Shown piece by piece: positions 28,916 through 38,854 of a stretch of DNA of 64,000 nucleotides. A program made the position numbers and the translations under genes. Source of the DNA: Bdellovibrionota bacterium (GTDB taxonomy: Bacteria; Bdellovibrionota_C; UBA2361; JBGSMV01); the NCBI GenBank assembly GCA_041739995.1, contig JBGSMV010000024.1:28355-92354 (forward strand), given 5' to 3'. Numbering within the stretch: the first letter of the stretch is position 1; each line of letters starts with the position of its first letter. The notes beneath the pieces were generated by a model, which worked only from the letters and a program-made list of their open reading frames with translations, was not told the DNA's origin and did no database searches.

Positions 28916-29366
28916 AATTGTAACGCGGAGTACGCGGTGGACGCGGAGGGGAAATGTTGTACGAAGAACTTACTGGGGAAACTATTGAAGCGGCCATGAA
29001 GGTTCATAGCGCCCTTGGAGCAGGCCTCTTCGAAGAGGTATACAAGGTATGCTTGCGCCATGAACTGACCAAGAGAGGAATTATGGTGCGCTCTGAGGTA
29101 GGAGTGCCGGTAATCTATGACGGCGTAAAACTTGATCTCGGCTACCGTATCGATTTACTCGTCGAAGATAAGGTAATTGTCGAACTAAAGTCTGCTGAGC
29201 GTATAGCTCCTGTTCACAAGGCTCAACTACTGACCTATCTGAAGCTTGCAGGGCTGCAAGTCGGACTGCTACTTAACTTCAACGTGCCACATCTTAAAGA
29301 CGGGATTTTACGAGTCGCTAACACCATTCCCCACTCCGCGTCCACCGCGTACTCCGCGTTATAATT
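28916..29366. mobile_element. candidate GxxExxY element: gene bounded by 33-bp inverted repeats
   Basis: Left arm 28916-28948 AATTGTAACGCGGAGTACGCGGTGGACGCGGAG; right arm 29334-29366 is its reverse complement with one mismatch. Mobility is inferred. Confidence 0.65.
28954..29364 (+). CDS. GxxExxY protein (PD-(D/E)XK-like nuclease fold)
   Basis: VHSALGAGLFEEVY, YRIDLLVEDKVIVELKS, QLLTYLK, GLLLNFN. Confidence 0.95.
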   Translation: MLYEELTGETIEAAMKVHSALGAGLFEEVYKVCLRHELTKRGIMVRSEVGVPVIYDGVKLDLGYRIDLLVEDKVIVELKSAERIAPVHKAQLLTYLKLAGLQVGLLLNFNVPHLKDGILRVANTIPHSASTAYSAL

Positions 29367-29650
29367 CGTTCAATGTGACACAGCAGGGAGAACATATCTA
29401 TTAGCGGGGCAGCTCGCCTCAGCCGTTCTACCGATACCCCGAATATTATACCTAGTCGTCAAACCAAAACCTCTTGCGAACTTGCCAAGATAGCGATGGG
29501 CATTCCATGAGATCAAAGATCTATGGGGGACACAAAACTACCCCTCGCCGTTATCGATTCAAGCTATCGAATGGGATATGCGAAGAAGATAGATCAGTAT
29601 GAGTCTTCTTTTAAAATAGGCTCACACGAAACAAAGGAATGCTTGCGCGC

Positions 29651-29854
29651 CTACCCTTCAACCAACTCAAGCGCATCAGGGCTAAGATACGAGAGGGTCC
29701 CGTTGTCCCAAAGAACATTCACCAGTAGGCCGTTCTCGGGAGATTCAACCTTTGAGGCCATCACCTCATCACGAAGCTCCTTCACCACCCCGACGCAGCC
29801 TTGGCCACCAGCTCGCTTAACTCGATCTGAGACTTTTAATGTACGCTTCGTCAT
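29651..29854 (-). CDS. small hypothetical protein (possible SH3-like barrel)
   Basis: GGAG RBS before ATG 29854; LKVSDRV..GVV..VNVLWDNGT..LELV pattern. Confidence 0.6.
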   Translation of the reverse strand: MTKRTLKVSDRVKRAGGQGCVGVVKELRDEVMASKVESPENGLLVNVLWDNGTLSYLSPDALELVEG

Positions 29855-29964
29855 ATCAATCACTCCCAAAGTTGCTTGAACGATATCGCCTTCCTGGCGC
29901 TGCAACAAGCACTCGCTATAGTTGTACTTCTGCATTTCGACTGCTAGCTATCACTGTATTGATT

Positions 29965-30636
29965 ATGAAGCATCAAACGCCATCAAGGGTTCCGTGGCGA
30001 AAATTCATCGCTATCAGCTACGCCCTCGCTATTTTTACCCTGGTCTTCATTGGACGCAAGGTTGAGGCCTGGGTGCTTGACACAGTGCACCCGCTCGTCC
30101 TCGCAACTCCTCCCGCGGTCCTTGTCCCAGCCATTTGCCTTTTTGGCTTGTCTGTTGGTCTCCTAGCATGGCGAGGGTTCTCGCGTCTTTTCTCTTCGCT
30201 AGGTTTGGCCACCGTTCTCCCTGCAGCCTTCCCCCGGGTGCTAATTTGTCTTGGCGCGTTTTGCCTACTAATTTTTTTCAGCGTGTCGATACCGGGCACT
30301 CCTGCGGAGTATGCCCACCTCCCAATCTATGCCGGGTTGAGCATGCTCACCGCAGTCGCCCTGGATGAGAAATCAAACCTCCTCTCTCTGAAAAATTCTT
30401 GTCATGTTCTTGTAAAAATTGTGTCCCAACCTATGTCTTTCGCTTTTATACTCTCGAATTTGGTGAGCTTCGGCGACGAGGCTCTGCAGTGGCTGCACCC
30501 ACAACGCTTCTTTGATATTCGGGACCTCGTCCTCAATTTTATCGGAATTCTCTGGGGACTACTCTTATTCAGCGGCTCCGCTGGTAGAGGCCTCAAAGCG
30601 AAGGTCCCTCCGCCTAGCGCTCCGTCCCCCACCTAG
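29965..30636 (+). CDS. VanZ-like membrane protein
   Basis: EYAHLPIYAGL, DEALQWLHPQRFFDIRDLVLNFIG. Confidence 0.75.
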   Translation: MKHQTPSRVPWRKFIAISYALAIFTLVFIGRKVEAWVLDTVHPLVLATPPAVLVPAICLFGLSVGLLAWRGFSRLFSSLGLATVLPAAFPRVLICLGAFCLLIFFSVSIPGTPAEYAHLPIYAGLSMLTAVALDEKSNLLSLKNSCHVLVKIVSQPMSFAFILSNLVSFGDEALQWLHPQRFFDIRDLVLNFIGILWGLLLFSGSAGRGLKAKVPPPSAPSPT

Positions 30637-30666
30637 GAGTCTGTGAAAAAGGCACAGACTCCTAGG
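30632..30666. repeat. minimal palindromic copy of the MITE ends
   Basis: CCTAGGAGTCTGTG-AAAAAGG-CACAGACTCCTAGG; same termini as the elements at 34726 and 40677. Confidence 0.85.
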
Positions 30667-31034
30667 ATCCAGGGCCAAAAAGTGGGGTATCGCCCACGGG
30701 GAACGAATAAAAGCCGCTCTCAGGACAATACGAGGAACGCCTAGAAGCGCTCAAGGAACCTAAAAAATCGGTCGAAGCTTATAAGTATGCCAGTAAGGCA
30801 CCCAGGCGAACGACCGGGCTAGGTTCTGAAATTCCTCAGTCTCGAAGTCGCGCCTGAAACACTCCTTACTGCATCAAACTTAAGAAGGAAGGGAGTCCTG
30901 AGAGGGCGAACTGCCTCTCAAATTGAACAATGCTAGGAAGGCCCAAGAGCGAATAGCAGCGTTTTAGTCCCGGTGGGGACACGGTTAATTCGGGTTCAAC
31001 GCGTTAGGTTGAATCCCACTTTGCGAGGGTTGGC

Positions 31035-32294
31035 ATGCCACGTGAGTTCGGAAAAAGCGGTGGTGCTCAGTTAGTTTGCTCCTTCTGTGCAAAAACTCAG
31101 GACGAGGTAAAAAAACTAGTCGCGGGTCCAGGAGTGTACATCTGCGACGAGTGCGTCGAGCTGTGCAATGACATTCTTGTCGAAGAGCTCGCACAAGGCG
31201 TCGGGAAAACCGCACGCGTGCCAGTTCCTACCCCAAAGGAAATTCGAGCAACGCTGGACGAATATGTAATCGGCCAGGACCATGCCAAGAAAGTGCTGTC
31301 GGTTGCGGTTCATTCTCACTTCAAGAGAATCGAAACGAACTTCAATCCAAAGTCAGATGTCGAAATTCAGAAATCAAATATTCTGTTGATTGGACCAACC
31401 GGGTCAGGCAAGACTCTCCTCGCGCAGACTCTCGCCCGCATCCTTGATGTGCCGTTCACCATTGCTGACGCAACCACGCTGACCGAAGCAGGCTACGTCG
31501 GTGAAGATGTCGAGAACATCATCACCAACCTTCTGCAAGCTGCGGACTACGACGTGGAAAAGGCTCAGCGCGGAATTGTCTACATCGACGAAATCGATAA
31601 GATCGGAAGAAAGAGCGACGGCCCTTCCGTGACACGCGACGTCTCTGGAGAAGGCGTACAGCAAGCGCTGCTTAAAATCATCGAGGGTACTCGTGCAAAT
31701 GTGCCGCCTAAAGGCGGGCGCAAACATCCTCAGCAGGATTTCATTACGGTCGATACCTCAAATATCCTCTTCATCGTAGGAGGCGCCTTTGATGGTGTTG
31801 AGAAAATCATTCAGCGTCGCGTCGGGAAGAAGAGCTTGGGCTTTGGCGCCGCGCTAAGCAATGCTGACAAGGTTACCGACAGCAACGTACTGCAGCACCT
31901 AGAAACTGGAGACTTAATGAGCTTTGGGATGATCCCTGAGTTCATCGGGCGTATTCCAGTGGTCGCCGCCCTTAGCCCGCTAGACGAAGCTGCTTTGATC
32001 GAAGTTCTCACCAAACCTAAGAACGCATTGGTGAAACAATATCAGCGCTTGATGAGAATCGACGGGGTTGACCTGTCATTTGCTGACGAGGCTCTCACCG
32101 CCATTGCGCACCAAGCCGTGGAAAAGAAAACTGGCGCCCGAGGACTTAGAGGGATCCTCGAAACCGCCATGCTCGAAGCGATGTACGACATTCCGAGCAA
32201 CCCGTCGGTGAAGGAAATCATAGTGACTGAGGAAGTTATCACTGAAGGCAAACAGCCAGTTCTGGTGCTGCACAAACAGGCACTCGCGAGCTAG
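31035..32294 (+). CDS. clpX: ATP-dependent Clp protease ATP-binding subunit ClpX
   Basis: [13 protein letters not shown] zinc finger, [35 protein letters not shown]. Confidence 0.98.
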   Translation: MPREFGKSGGAQLVCSFCAKTQDEVKKLVAGPGVYICDECVELCNDILVEELAQGVGKTARVPVPTPKEIRATLDEYVIGQDHAKKVLSVAVHSHFKRIETNFNPKSDVEIQKSNILLIGPTGSGKTLLAQTLARILDVPFTIADATTLTEAGYVGEDVENIITNLLQAADYDVEKAQRGIVYIDEIDKIGRKSDGPSVTRDVSGEGVQQALLKIIEGTRANVPPKGGRKHPQQDFITVDTSNILFIVGGAFDGVEKIIQRRVGKKSLGFGAALSNADKVTDSNVLQHLETGDLMSFGMIPEFIGRIPVVAALSPLDEAALIEVLTKPKNALVKQYQRLMRIDGVDLSFADEALTAIAHQAVEKKTGARGLRGILETAMLEAMYDIPSNPSVKEIIVTEEVITEGKQPVLVLHKQALAS

Positions 32295-32340
32295 TATTAG
32301 TCGTTCCAATGGCTAACAAAGGGCGTTAGGGGATCCAACC

Positions 32341-33372
32341 GTGCAACAAGAGATTCAGGATGCCCAGAACACTCTCGCGCGCGAGCCCAGTCTCGCCGAC
32401 CGCTTTGAGGTAATGCGCATCCTAGGCCACGGATCTTCTGCTGCGGTCTACCAAGTGCTTGACCGCAATCGCAATAAGCTGATGGCGCTTAAAGTGCTTA
32501 CCAACCCCAAGGCATTTCTGGAGTCCACCATTCAGCGCTTCATCGAAGAGTTTCATGTATGCCAGTCAATTGAGCATGCGAATCTAGTACGCGCCTACGA
32601 TCTCTTTGAAACAAAGAATATTATCGCATTCACTACGGAGTATGTAGACGGTGCTGACCTTGGTCGCATTATGGAGACGCGCCAGCTCTCCACCGCGGAA
32701 ATTGACCTGATCTTTGAGCAGCTTCTCTCCGCCCTTGAGGAACTACACAAGCGCAGCATCGTGCATCGAGACATTAAGCCTGAGAATTTGATTTTAAGCC
32801 GAGACCTGTGGGTAAAAGTCGTGGACCTTGGGCTCGTAAAGCGAATGGACGAACCAGGCATTACAAAAAGCGGCGTCATTCTAGGCACCGCTCAGTATAT
32901 GCCCCCTGAGTACGTACGTACCGGTACCCATGACAGTCGCGGCGATATTTATGCCTGCGGCATGGTGCTGTTCGAGTTAGTCTCAGGCAAACGCCGCCTT
33001 AAAAACTACCGCGGCACCGAAGTGCTCGAGCTTCTTGACCGCACGGACTTCGCGCTTCCTCCCATTGCGCTTCAAGGATTGCCCAAAAAATATGCAGAGA
33101 TAATCAAGCGCGCCATTGCGGTGGATCCCGACCGTCGCTACCAGACGGCTGCGGCCATGCGGGATGCGTTTGCCTACCACTTTGACGATGGAAGCGTCGA
33201 GATCGTACAGCAGCTAAGCCCCTCGATTGAGATTGAGCGTTATTCCACCGAGATGACGCAACAAATAACCATGAAGCGTAAAGCTCACCACTTTGTCTGG
33301 CTCATTGTAGCTGCAGTGGGGATCATGCTAGCCGCCGTAGCTTTCCTCTACTTTCGTCTGCAGAACTCCTAG
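32341..33372 (+). CDS. Hanks-type Ser/Thr protein kinase with C-terminal TM anchor
   Basis: LGHGSSAAVY, ALKVL, HRDIKPEN, DLG, GTAQYMPPE. Confidence 0.93.
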   Translation: MQQEIQDAQNTLAREPSLADRFEVMRILGHGSSAAVYQVLDRNRNKLMALKVLTNPKAFLESTIQRFIEEFHVCQSIEHANLVRAYDLFETKNIIAFTTEYVDGADLGRIMETRQLSTAEIDLIFEQLLSALEELHKRSIVHRDIKPENLILSRDLWVKVVDLGLVKRMDEPGITKSGVILGTAQYMPPEYVRTGTHDSRGDIYACGMVLFELVSGKRRLKNYRGTEVLELLDRTDFALPPIALQGLPKKYAEIIKRAIAVDPDRRYQTAAAMRDAFAYHFDDGSVEIVQQLSPSIEIERYSTEMTQQITMKRKAHHFVWLIVAAVGIMLAAVAFLYFRLQNS

Positions 33373-33603
33373 TTCTCCAAACCCCACCCTGCCCGACCAT
33401 CACCTCCAAATGGCTTGTCACGAACAACTGTGCTACGACTTCCATAGAAGCCTTTGGGTTCTTTATCGGAGAGAGTCAGGGGACAGTTTTTATACCCCTC
33501 GTTACCCATAGTGGAGAGCTTAGAGAGGCGCACAGCGCCTCCTCGTCATTAAGCCCACGCCCGACTCGGCGTTTTTGAACACTCAAAACTTACGGATAGG
33601 ATA

Positions 33604-34713
33604 ATGATTATAGTTGAGTCACAGAGTTTTACTGAGCGATTTGTGACTGCGTTTCAGTCGGTTCCTGTTCCTCTCGTCCTCACGTTTGCTGGCGTCACCC
33701 TGACCTGCATCGGATTTTTGTGGTTTCTGCTCTCGCGGATTAGGAAGCGCTTTGGATCTGCAAATGGAAACAGCATGCTGCTTGTCGAAGCGGTGCGTAC
33801 CGTTGTGGATTCAACATTCCCCTCAACCATTGTGCTGTTGTCCGTATTAGTGGGGCTTTCTTCGGTCGGGCTTTCTGCTGACGCAAACCGCTATCTGTTC
33901 CTCGCGTTAATTGCCCTCGGAATAGTGCAAATAGCCCACTGGCTGAGCCAGGTGAGTCTGGTGTGGTTGAAAAGTAATCTGGGAAACTCCCAACACTCTT
34001 CGCTACACTCTGCATTAGGCCTCATATCTTTCGCCACTCGCCTAGTCATATGGTCGCTCGCCTTCGTCGTATTACTTAGCAATCTAGGGGTCGATGTTAC
34101 CGCTCTCGTCGCTGGACTCGGCATCGGCGGTGTCGCAGTTGCATTCGCACTCCAGAATATTCTGAGCGACCTTTTCGCTTCTCTTTCGATCGTGCTCGAT
34201 AGGCCATTTGAGGTGGGAGACTTCATCATCGTCGGCGATGTGCAAGGCAACGTCGAGCACATCGGTGTAAAGACCACCAAAATTCGAAGCCTTTCAGGAG
34301 AGCAAATTCTCCTCGCAAACTCAGATCTACTCGGCAGCCGCATTCGTAATTTCAAGCGCATGCGCGAGCGTCGAGTCGTGTTCAATGTGGGTATCGTCTA
34401 TGAGACGCCTAGGGAGAAAGTCGCCCAGGTTCCCACCTGGATTAAGGATATTATTCTGACGGACCCCCTCGCTCGCTATGACCGGGCCCACTTCAGAAGT
34501 TTTGGTGATTTTTCGCTTAATATTGAAGTCGTTTATTTTGTGCTTTCAGCGGAATTTCTGATTTACATGGAAACTCAGCAGTCAATGAATCTGAAAATTA
34601 TGGACAAGTTTGCAGCCGAAGGAGTTGAGTTCGCCTACCCTACTCAGGTCGTCCACGTTACGGGTAGCCCTGCCACCGACACAAATCAGTCTGAAGTCTC
34701 TAACGCCGCCTAG
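33604..34713 (+). CDS. MscS-family mechanosensitive channel
   Basis: AGLGIGGVAVAFALQNILSDLFAS, DRPFEVGD, GVEFAYPTQ. Confidence 0.93.
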   Translation: MIIVESQSFTERFVTAFQSVPVPLVLTFAGVTLTCIGFLWFLLSRIRKRFGSANGNSMLLVEAVRTVVDSTFPSTIVLLSVLVGLSSVGLSADANRYLFLALIALGIVQIAHWLSQVSLVWLKSNLGNSQHSSLHSALGLISFATRLVIWSLAFVVLLSNLGVDVTALVAGLGIGGVAVAFALQNILSDLFASLSIVLDRPFEVGDFIIVGDVQGNVEHIGVKTTKIRSLSGEQILLANSDLLGSRIRNFKRMRERRVVFNVGIVYETPREKVAQVPTWIKDIILTDPLARYDRAHFRSFGDFSLNIEVVYFVLSAEFLIYMETQQSMNLKIMDKFAAEGVEFAYPTQVVHVTGSPATDTNQSEVSNAA

Positions 34714-34725
34714 GAAAGCAAGCCC

Positions 34726-34904
34726 AGGAGTCTGTGACACAGCCCTGTTTATGAGGGTCCGCCTTCGCTCACATGTGCCGGTCTTGCTATTTAACTCTAG
34801 CAGGCTTCCCCCTTCGCTCTCTCCGTCGCCACGGCTGCGGAGGACAAGCAAGCTTCGGGGGACAAGTCGGCGGGACGTCGTCTGTGCCTGTGTCACAGAC
34901 TCCT
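34726..34904. mobile_element. MITE-like element, copy 1
   Basis: Perfect 17-bp TIR AGGAGTCTGTGACACAG; near-identical in reverse orientation to 40677-40861. Confidence 0.85.
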
Positions 34905-34915
34905 CGAAGCGCGGC

Positions 34916-36814
34916 CTAGCCGTAGGCCAGATAAGTATATCCTTCGAGCGCTTCGCGAAATCGTTTTTGAATTTTAGCCGCCTCTTCACCCGTCATGCGA
35001 CCAGCACTAAGCTCGCGCTCTATAGTGCCGCGTAGGCGTTCAACCAGGTCCGGCGCCTCGTATTGGACATACCCCAGTGCCTCGCGGACGGTGTCTCCCT
35101 CAACTACGTGCGTGAATCGGACAGCGCCCGAAGCATCAAGATCGACATGCACTGCGTTGGTATCGCCAAACAAGTTATGCAGATCTCCGAGAATCTCTTG
35201 ATAAGCTCCAACCAAGAATGCACCAAGATAGTACGGATCAGGATTCCTCAACGAGTGCAGCGGAAGGTACGGCTTTACATCTTTCAGATCGATAAACTTG
35301 TCGATCTTTCCGTCACTATCACAAGTCATATCAGCCAGAATCGCGCGACGACTGGGCTGCTCGCTATGGCGATGAATCGGAAGGATCGGAAACAGTTGCT
35401 CAATAGCCCAGGAGTCAGGCAAAGACTGAAACAATGAGAAATTACAGAAATAAGTGTCTAGTAAAGATTCATCTAGACGCTCGATTTCTTCTGGAACATA
35501 GCGCAGCTCTGAGGCCTCTTTACGAACCTTCGCCAAAAGATGCCAGTAGGCGGAATCAGCATAGGCGCGTTCAACCAAAGATATCCCACCTTGAATAAAG
35601 CGCTCGATCACCTCTTCACGTAGAGAATTTGCATCATGCAAAGTTTCAAGTGCATTCTTTACGGTGAGTTTGCGATAGAGTTCTCGAAATTCGCCGATTC
35701 GCTCATTGTCAGTCGGGGGATCACCAAGATCTCTAAGAACCTCTGCGGTAGGCGCCACATCGACCACTTGGAATACCAGAACAGAATGATGAGCGGTAAG
35801 CGCTCGGCCCGCCTCAGTAACGATCGTAGGTGCCGGAATATTCTCTGCCTTGCAGGCTTCGCTGATGGCGTACACCACATCACGAGCGTACTCACCGATG
35901 GTGTAATTCATTGAAGATTGGAAGTTGGTCTTCGATCCGTCGTAATCGACGGCAAGTCCGCCGCCAACGTCGAGAAAACAGAGCGACGGGCAAAGCTTCG
36001 CAAGCTCAGTGTACATCCTGGTCACTTCACGCAGAATCTTCTTTACCGCTCCAATCGCAGTAATCTGACTTCCCGCATGGTAGTGTAGAAGTTTTAGCCA
36101 ATGCTCCTTGCCGTGTTCTCGAAGCTTCTCAATGCCCTCGATTATCTCAGAAGAAGTAAGTCCAAACTTTGCCCTGTCGCCGCCCGAAGTCTCCCACCTG
36201 CCCACACCCTTACTGACTGGCTTCATGCGAAAGCCGACCTCAGCCTCAATGCCTAAGCGCTTGGACATTTCTAACGTCTGAGCTAGCTCGCTAAGCTGTT
36301 CAATAATGATGATGGAACGTTTACCAAGCCGACGCGCAAGCAATGCGAGTTCTATATACTCGTTGTCCTTGTAGCCATTACAAAGAAGTAGTCCGTCTTC
36401 CAGGTCGTGCACCGCGAGCACAGCGCAAAGTTCTGGCTTACTTCCCACCTCGAGACCGAGACGCGAATCCCTGCCGGCAGCGCGAATGGTGTCGACCACA
36501 TGCCGCTGTTGATTAACTTTGATCGGAAATACTCCGCAGTAGCTTCCTTCAAAACCAGATTCCTCAATCGCCTTAGAGAAAGCTTGGTACAGAGTATGGA
36601 TGCGGTTACGGATGATGCCGTCAAAACGAATCAGTACCGGAACGTGAATACCGCGCTGTACAAGTGAACGCACTACTTCGTGCAGATCGATAGCCTTTGC
36701 GCCTGGTTCAGGAGTGACAGTGACGTTGCCATCGGCATTGATACCGAAATATCCCTCTCCCCACAGATCTACACCGTAGGCTTGCTTACTGCGGGAGACG
36801 TCCCATTTTTCCAT
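34916..36814 (-). CDS. speA: biosynthetic arginine decarboxylase
   Basis: FPIKVNQQ, LEVGSKPEL, CNGYKD, DVGGGLAVDYDG, CNFSLFQSLPDSW, TCDSDG, GAYQEILGDLHNLFG. Confidence 0.97.
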   Translation of the reverse strand: MEKWDVSRSKQAYGVDLWGEGYFGINADGNVTVTPEPGAKAIDLHEVVRSLVQRGIHVPVLIRFDGIIRNRIHTLYQAFSKAIEESGFEGSYCGVFPIKVNQQRHVVDTIRAAGRDSRLGLEVGSKPELCAVLAVHDLEDGLLLCNGYKDNEYIELALLARRLGKRSIIIIEQLSELAQTLEMSKRLGIEAEVGFRMKPVSKGVGRWETSGGDRAKFGLTSSEIIEGIEKLREHGKEHWLKLLHYHAGSQITAIGAVKKILREVTRMYTELAKLCPSLCFLDVGGGLAVDYDGSKTNFQSSMNYTIGEYARDVVYAISEACKAENIPAPTIVTEAGRALTAHHSVLVFQVVDVAPTAEVLRDLGDPPTDNERIGEFRELYRKLTVKNALETLHDANSLREEVIERFIQGGISLVERAYADSAYWHLLAKVRKEASELRYVPEEIERLDESLLDTYFCNFSLFQSLPDSWAIEQLFPILPIHRHSEQPSRRAILADMTCDSDGKIDKFIDLKDVKPYLPLHSLRNPDPYYLGAFLVGAYQEILGDLHNLFGDTNAVHVDLDASGAVRFTHVVEGDTVREALGYVQYEAPDLVERLRGTIERELSAGRMTGEEAAKIQKRFREALEGYTYLAYG

Positions 36815-36948
36815 CTATTATCCTTCCTCTCGCTCTATCGGAGCCAAGCTGCCTAGCGCTAGTTAGGCCGCATTTAGATATGTCGAATATGCTTGTATCC
36901 TAAACCCGTCAAGATTAGGAGAGTTTAGGTAAGAGAAACGGGGCACCT

Positions 36949-37884
36949 ATGACAAGGCAGACACTAGACTTTGAGGCGGCCACGCGACTGCCTGAGAGGA
37001 TCAAGTTTGGCACGAGCAGCTGGAACTACTCCGGCTGGCAAGACCTGGTGTACGTCAAAAAATACTCCAACGATAAGGACTTCAAGCGCTCGTCGCTCTC
37101 GGAGTACGTAGAATGTCCTTGGTTTCGAACCGTGGGCATCGACAGCAGCTTCTACGGCCCACTAAAAGCCTCTACCCTCTCAGACTATGCCTCGCGGGTG
37201 CCAACGGGCTTCCGCTGGGTGTCCAAAATTTGGGAGCGCCTCACCATTCCACGCTTTCCAAACCTGCCACGCTACGGGCCAGATGCCGGCAAAGATAACC
37301 CTGCCTTCTTGGACGCAGAGCTCTGCAAAAAAACGGTGCTCACCCCTTTAGAACAACCCACGATCGCCCCTCACGTGGGCCCAATAGTCCTGCAGTTTCC
37401 CTCAATCTCGCCTTCAACGCTCTCATTTGAAAGCTTTCTCGCTCGCCTCGATTTGTTTCTGGCCAAGTTGCCCACGCACTTCCAGTACGCGGCGGAAATT
37501 CGTAACCCTGAGTTTCTGCAAGCTCCTTACTTCTCGGTCTTAAATGCTCATGGAGCCACTCACTGCTTTAATCACTGGCACCGGATGCCGACGCTCAAGC
37601 AGCAAATGCAGGCGGCAGCCAGCGCGGGGGGCTTGAGTGCGAAGTTCTTTGTGGCAAGGATCCTCACTCCACTTGGAGTAAGTTACGAGGGTGCGGTGAA
37701 GCTGTTTCAACCGTACGCAGAAATTCGCAGACCAAACGCGGAAATGCGTGCTGACGTGGCTCGACTGGCGCACCGCGCCCTAGAACGGAATGTGGATGCC
37801 TACATATTGGTCAACAACCGCTCTGAAGGGTGTGCGCCTCTGACCATCGACGCAATCGGCAAATCGATTGTAGCTACCCTATGA
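36949..37884 (+). CDS. DUF72 domain protein
   Basis: FGTSSWNY, TVGIDSSFY, VLQFP, AEIRN, VNNRSEG. Confidence 0.88.
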   Translation: MTRQTLDFEAATRLPERIKFGTSSWNYSGWQDLVYVKKYSNDKDFKRSSLSEYVECPWFRTVGIDSSFYGPLKASTLSDYASRVPTGFRWVSKIWERLTIPRFPNLPRYGPDAGKDNPAFLDAELCKKTVLTPLEQPTIAPHVGPIVLQFPSISPSTLSFESFLARLDLFLAKLPTHFQYAAEIRNPEFLQAPYFSVLNAHGATHCFNHWHRMPTLKQQMQAAASAGGLSAKFFVARILTPLGVSYEGAVKLFQPYAEIRRPNAEMRADVARLAHRALERNVDAYILVNNRSEGCAPLTIDAIGKSIVATL

Positions 37885-37942
37885 AGGGAGTGGACGAGAG
37901 ATCTCACCTGTCCACCGCACGATACGCTGTGCCTTTTTTAGA

Positions 37943-38449
37943 TTAGCGATAGAGCCAAGACCGGAAGCTCTCAAGGATGTCCTGCACGCGAGTGGCCTTC
38001 TTAGAAATGTCGTCAAAAGCTCCAATCTGAGCCGTGAGGGAATCTCTTCCAACCATTGGTCGAAGATCGGGGGCAGAAAAGAAATCATCGGCACAAAGCT
38101 CTGAGTGCGGGATGTGGGCAGTCTCAATTAGGTACTGAGCCTCGGGGGCCTGCTCGTTGGTCAGACGCCAAAAGGCATAGCGCCCGCAAGCGGAGGTAAA
38201 GTTACAATTCAGGAAGAAAACCCCTTCAGAAACCTTAGATTCTACGCAAACTTCGTAGTCGTGACCGGCCTCCAGGAGGAAGTTAGAGGACAAAGTCTCC
38301 ACCCAAATCTTACGGGCGCGATAGGCCGAAAGCTGGTCTCGGTAGACCCCTTGGAGAATTACCTGCTCAGGGTCAAAACGAACGTCCCCCGGAAAGGCAA
38401 TTTCTCTTGTTAATTCAATGCTTTGAAGCTCTGCCCGTTCTAACTGCAT
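37943..38449 (-). CDS. hypothetical protein
   Basis: 168-aa ORF with GAGG RBS and protein-like composition; no recognised motif. Confidence 0.65.
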   Translation of the reverse strand: MQLERAELQSIELTREIAFPGDVRFDPEQVILQGVYRDQLSAYRARKIWVETLSSNFLLEAGHDYEVCVESKVSEGVFFLNCNFTSACGRYAFWRLTNEQAPEAQYLIETAHIPHSELCADDFFSAPDLRPMVGRDSLTAQIGAFDDISKKATRVQDILESFRSWLYR

Positions 38450-38854
38450 GATGACAACCTCATCCCCGAAACCTTTTTCTGAAACCTAGTAGAGCTATCG
38501 ACGTTTTCCTCAGCATGCTTAATAATCAACGCTGTCGTTTCTATGGGGGTACCCGCCTAAAGAACGGTGCCTGCGGAGTTGTTTCTTTGCGAACTCCCCA
38601 GCACCTGACTGAGTCTGCTAAGAGGTCCAGTCTTTTCAGGACTATTGACCAAAGAGACTTAAACACTGCAGAGGATATAGCGTCCTCTTTTAGTGACCGG
38701 CTGCGTCGATCGAGGCCAGAATTTCTGGTGATGAACACCGCAATGCCGAGTGCGCCGAGCAGTCCAGAGGACTTTCTCGGTGATTGGGCGGATGTCGTAA
38801 TTTTGCGCATCTCTCCGGAAGCGACTGAGAACATACTTAAGGATTTAAAAGACT

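Noticed and set aside
28567..29061. Antisense ORF sharing the peptide SASTAYSAL with the GxxExxY C-terminus
   Set aside because: Artefact of the inverted repeat; it overlaps two well-supported genes.
34582..35035. ORFs here and at 40582-40923 sharing ERRRTLINRAVSQTP
   Set aside because: Translations of the two non-coding MITE copies that overlap real genes.
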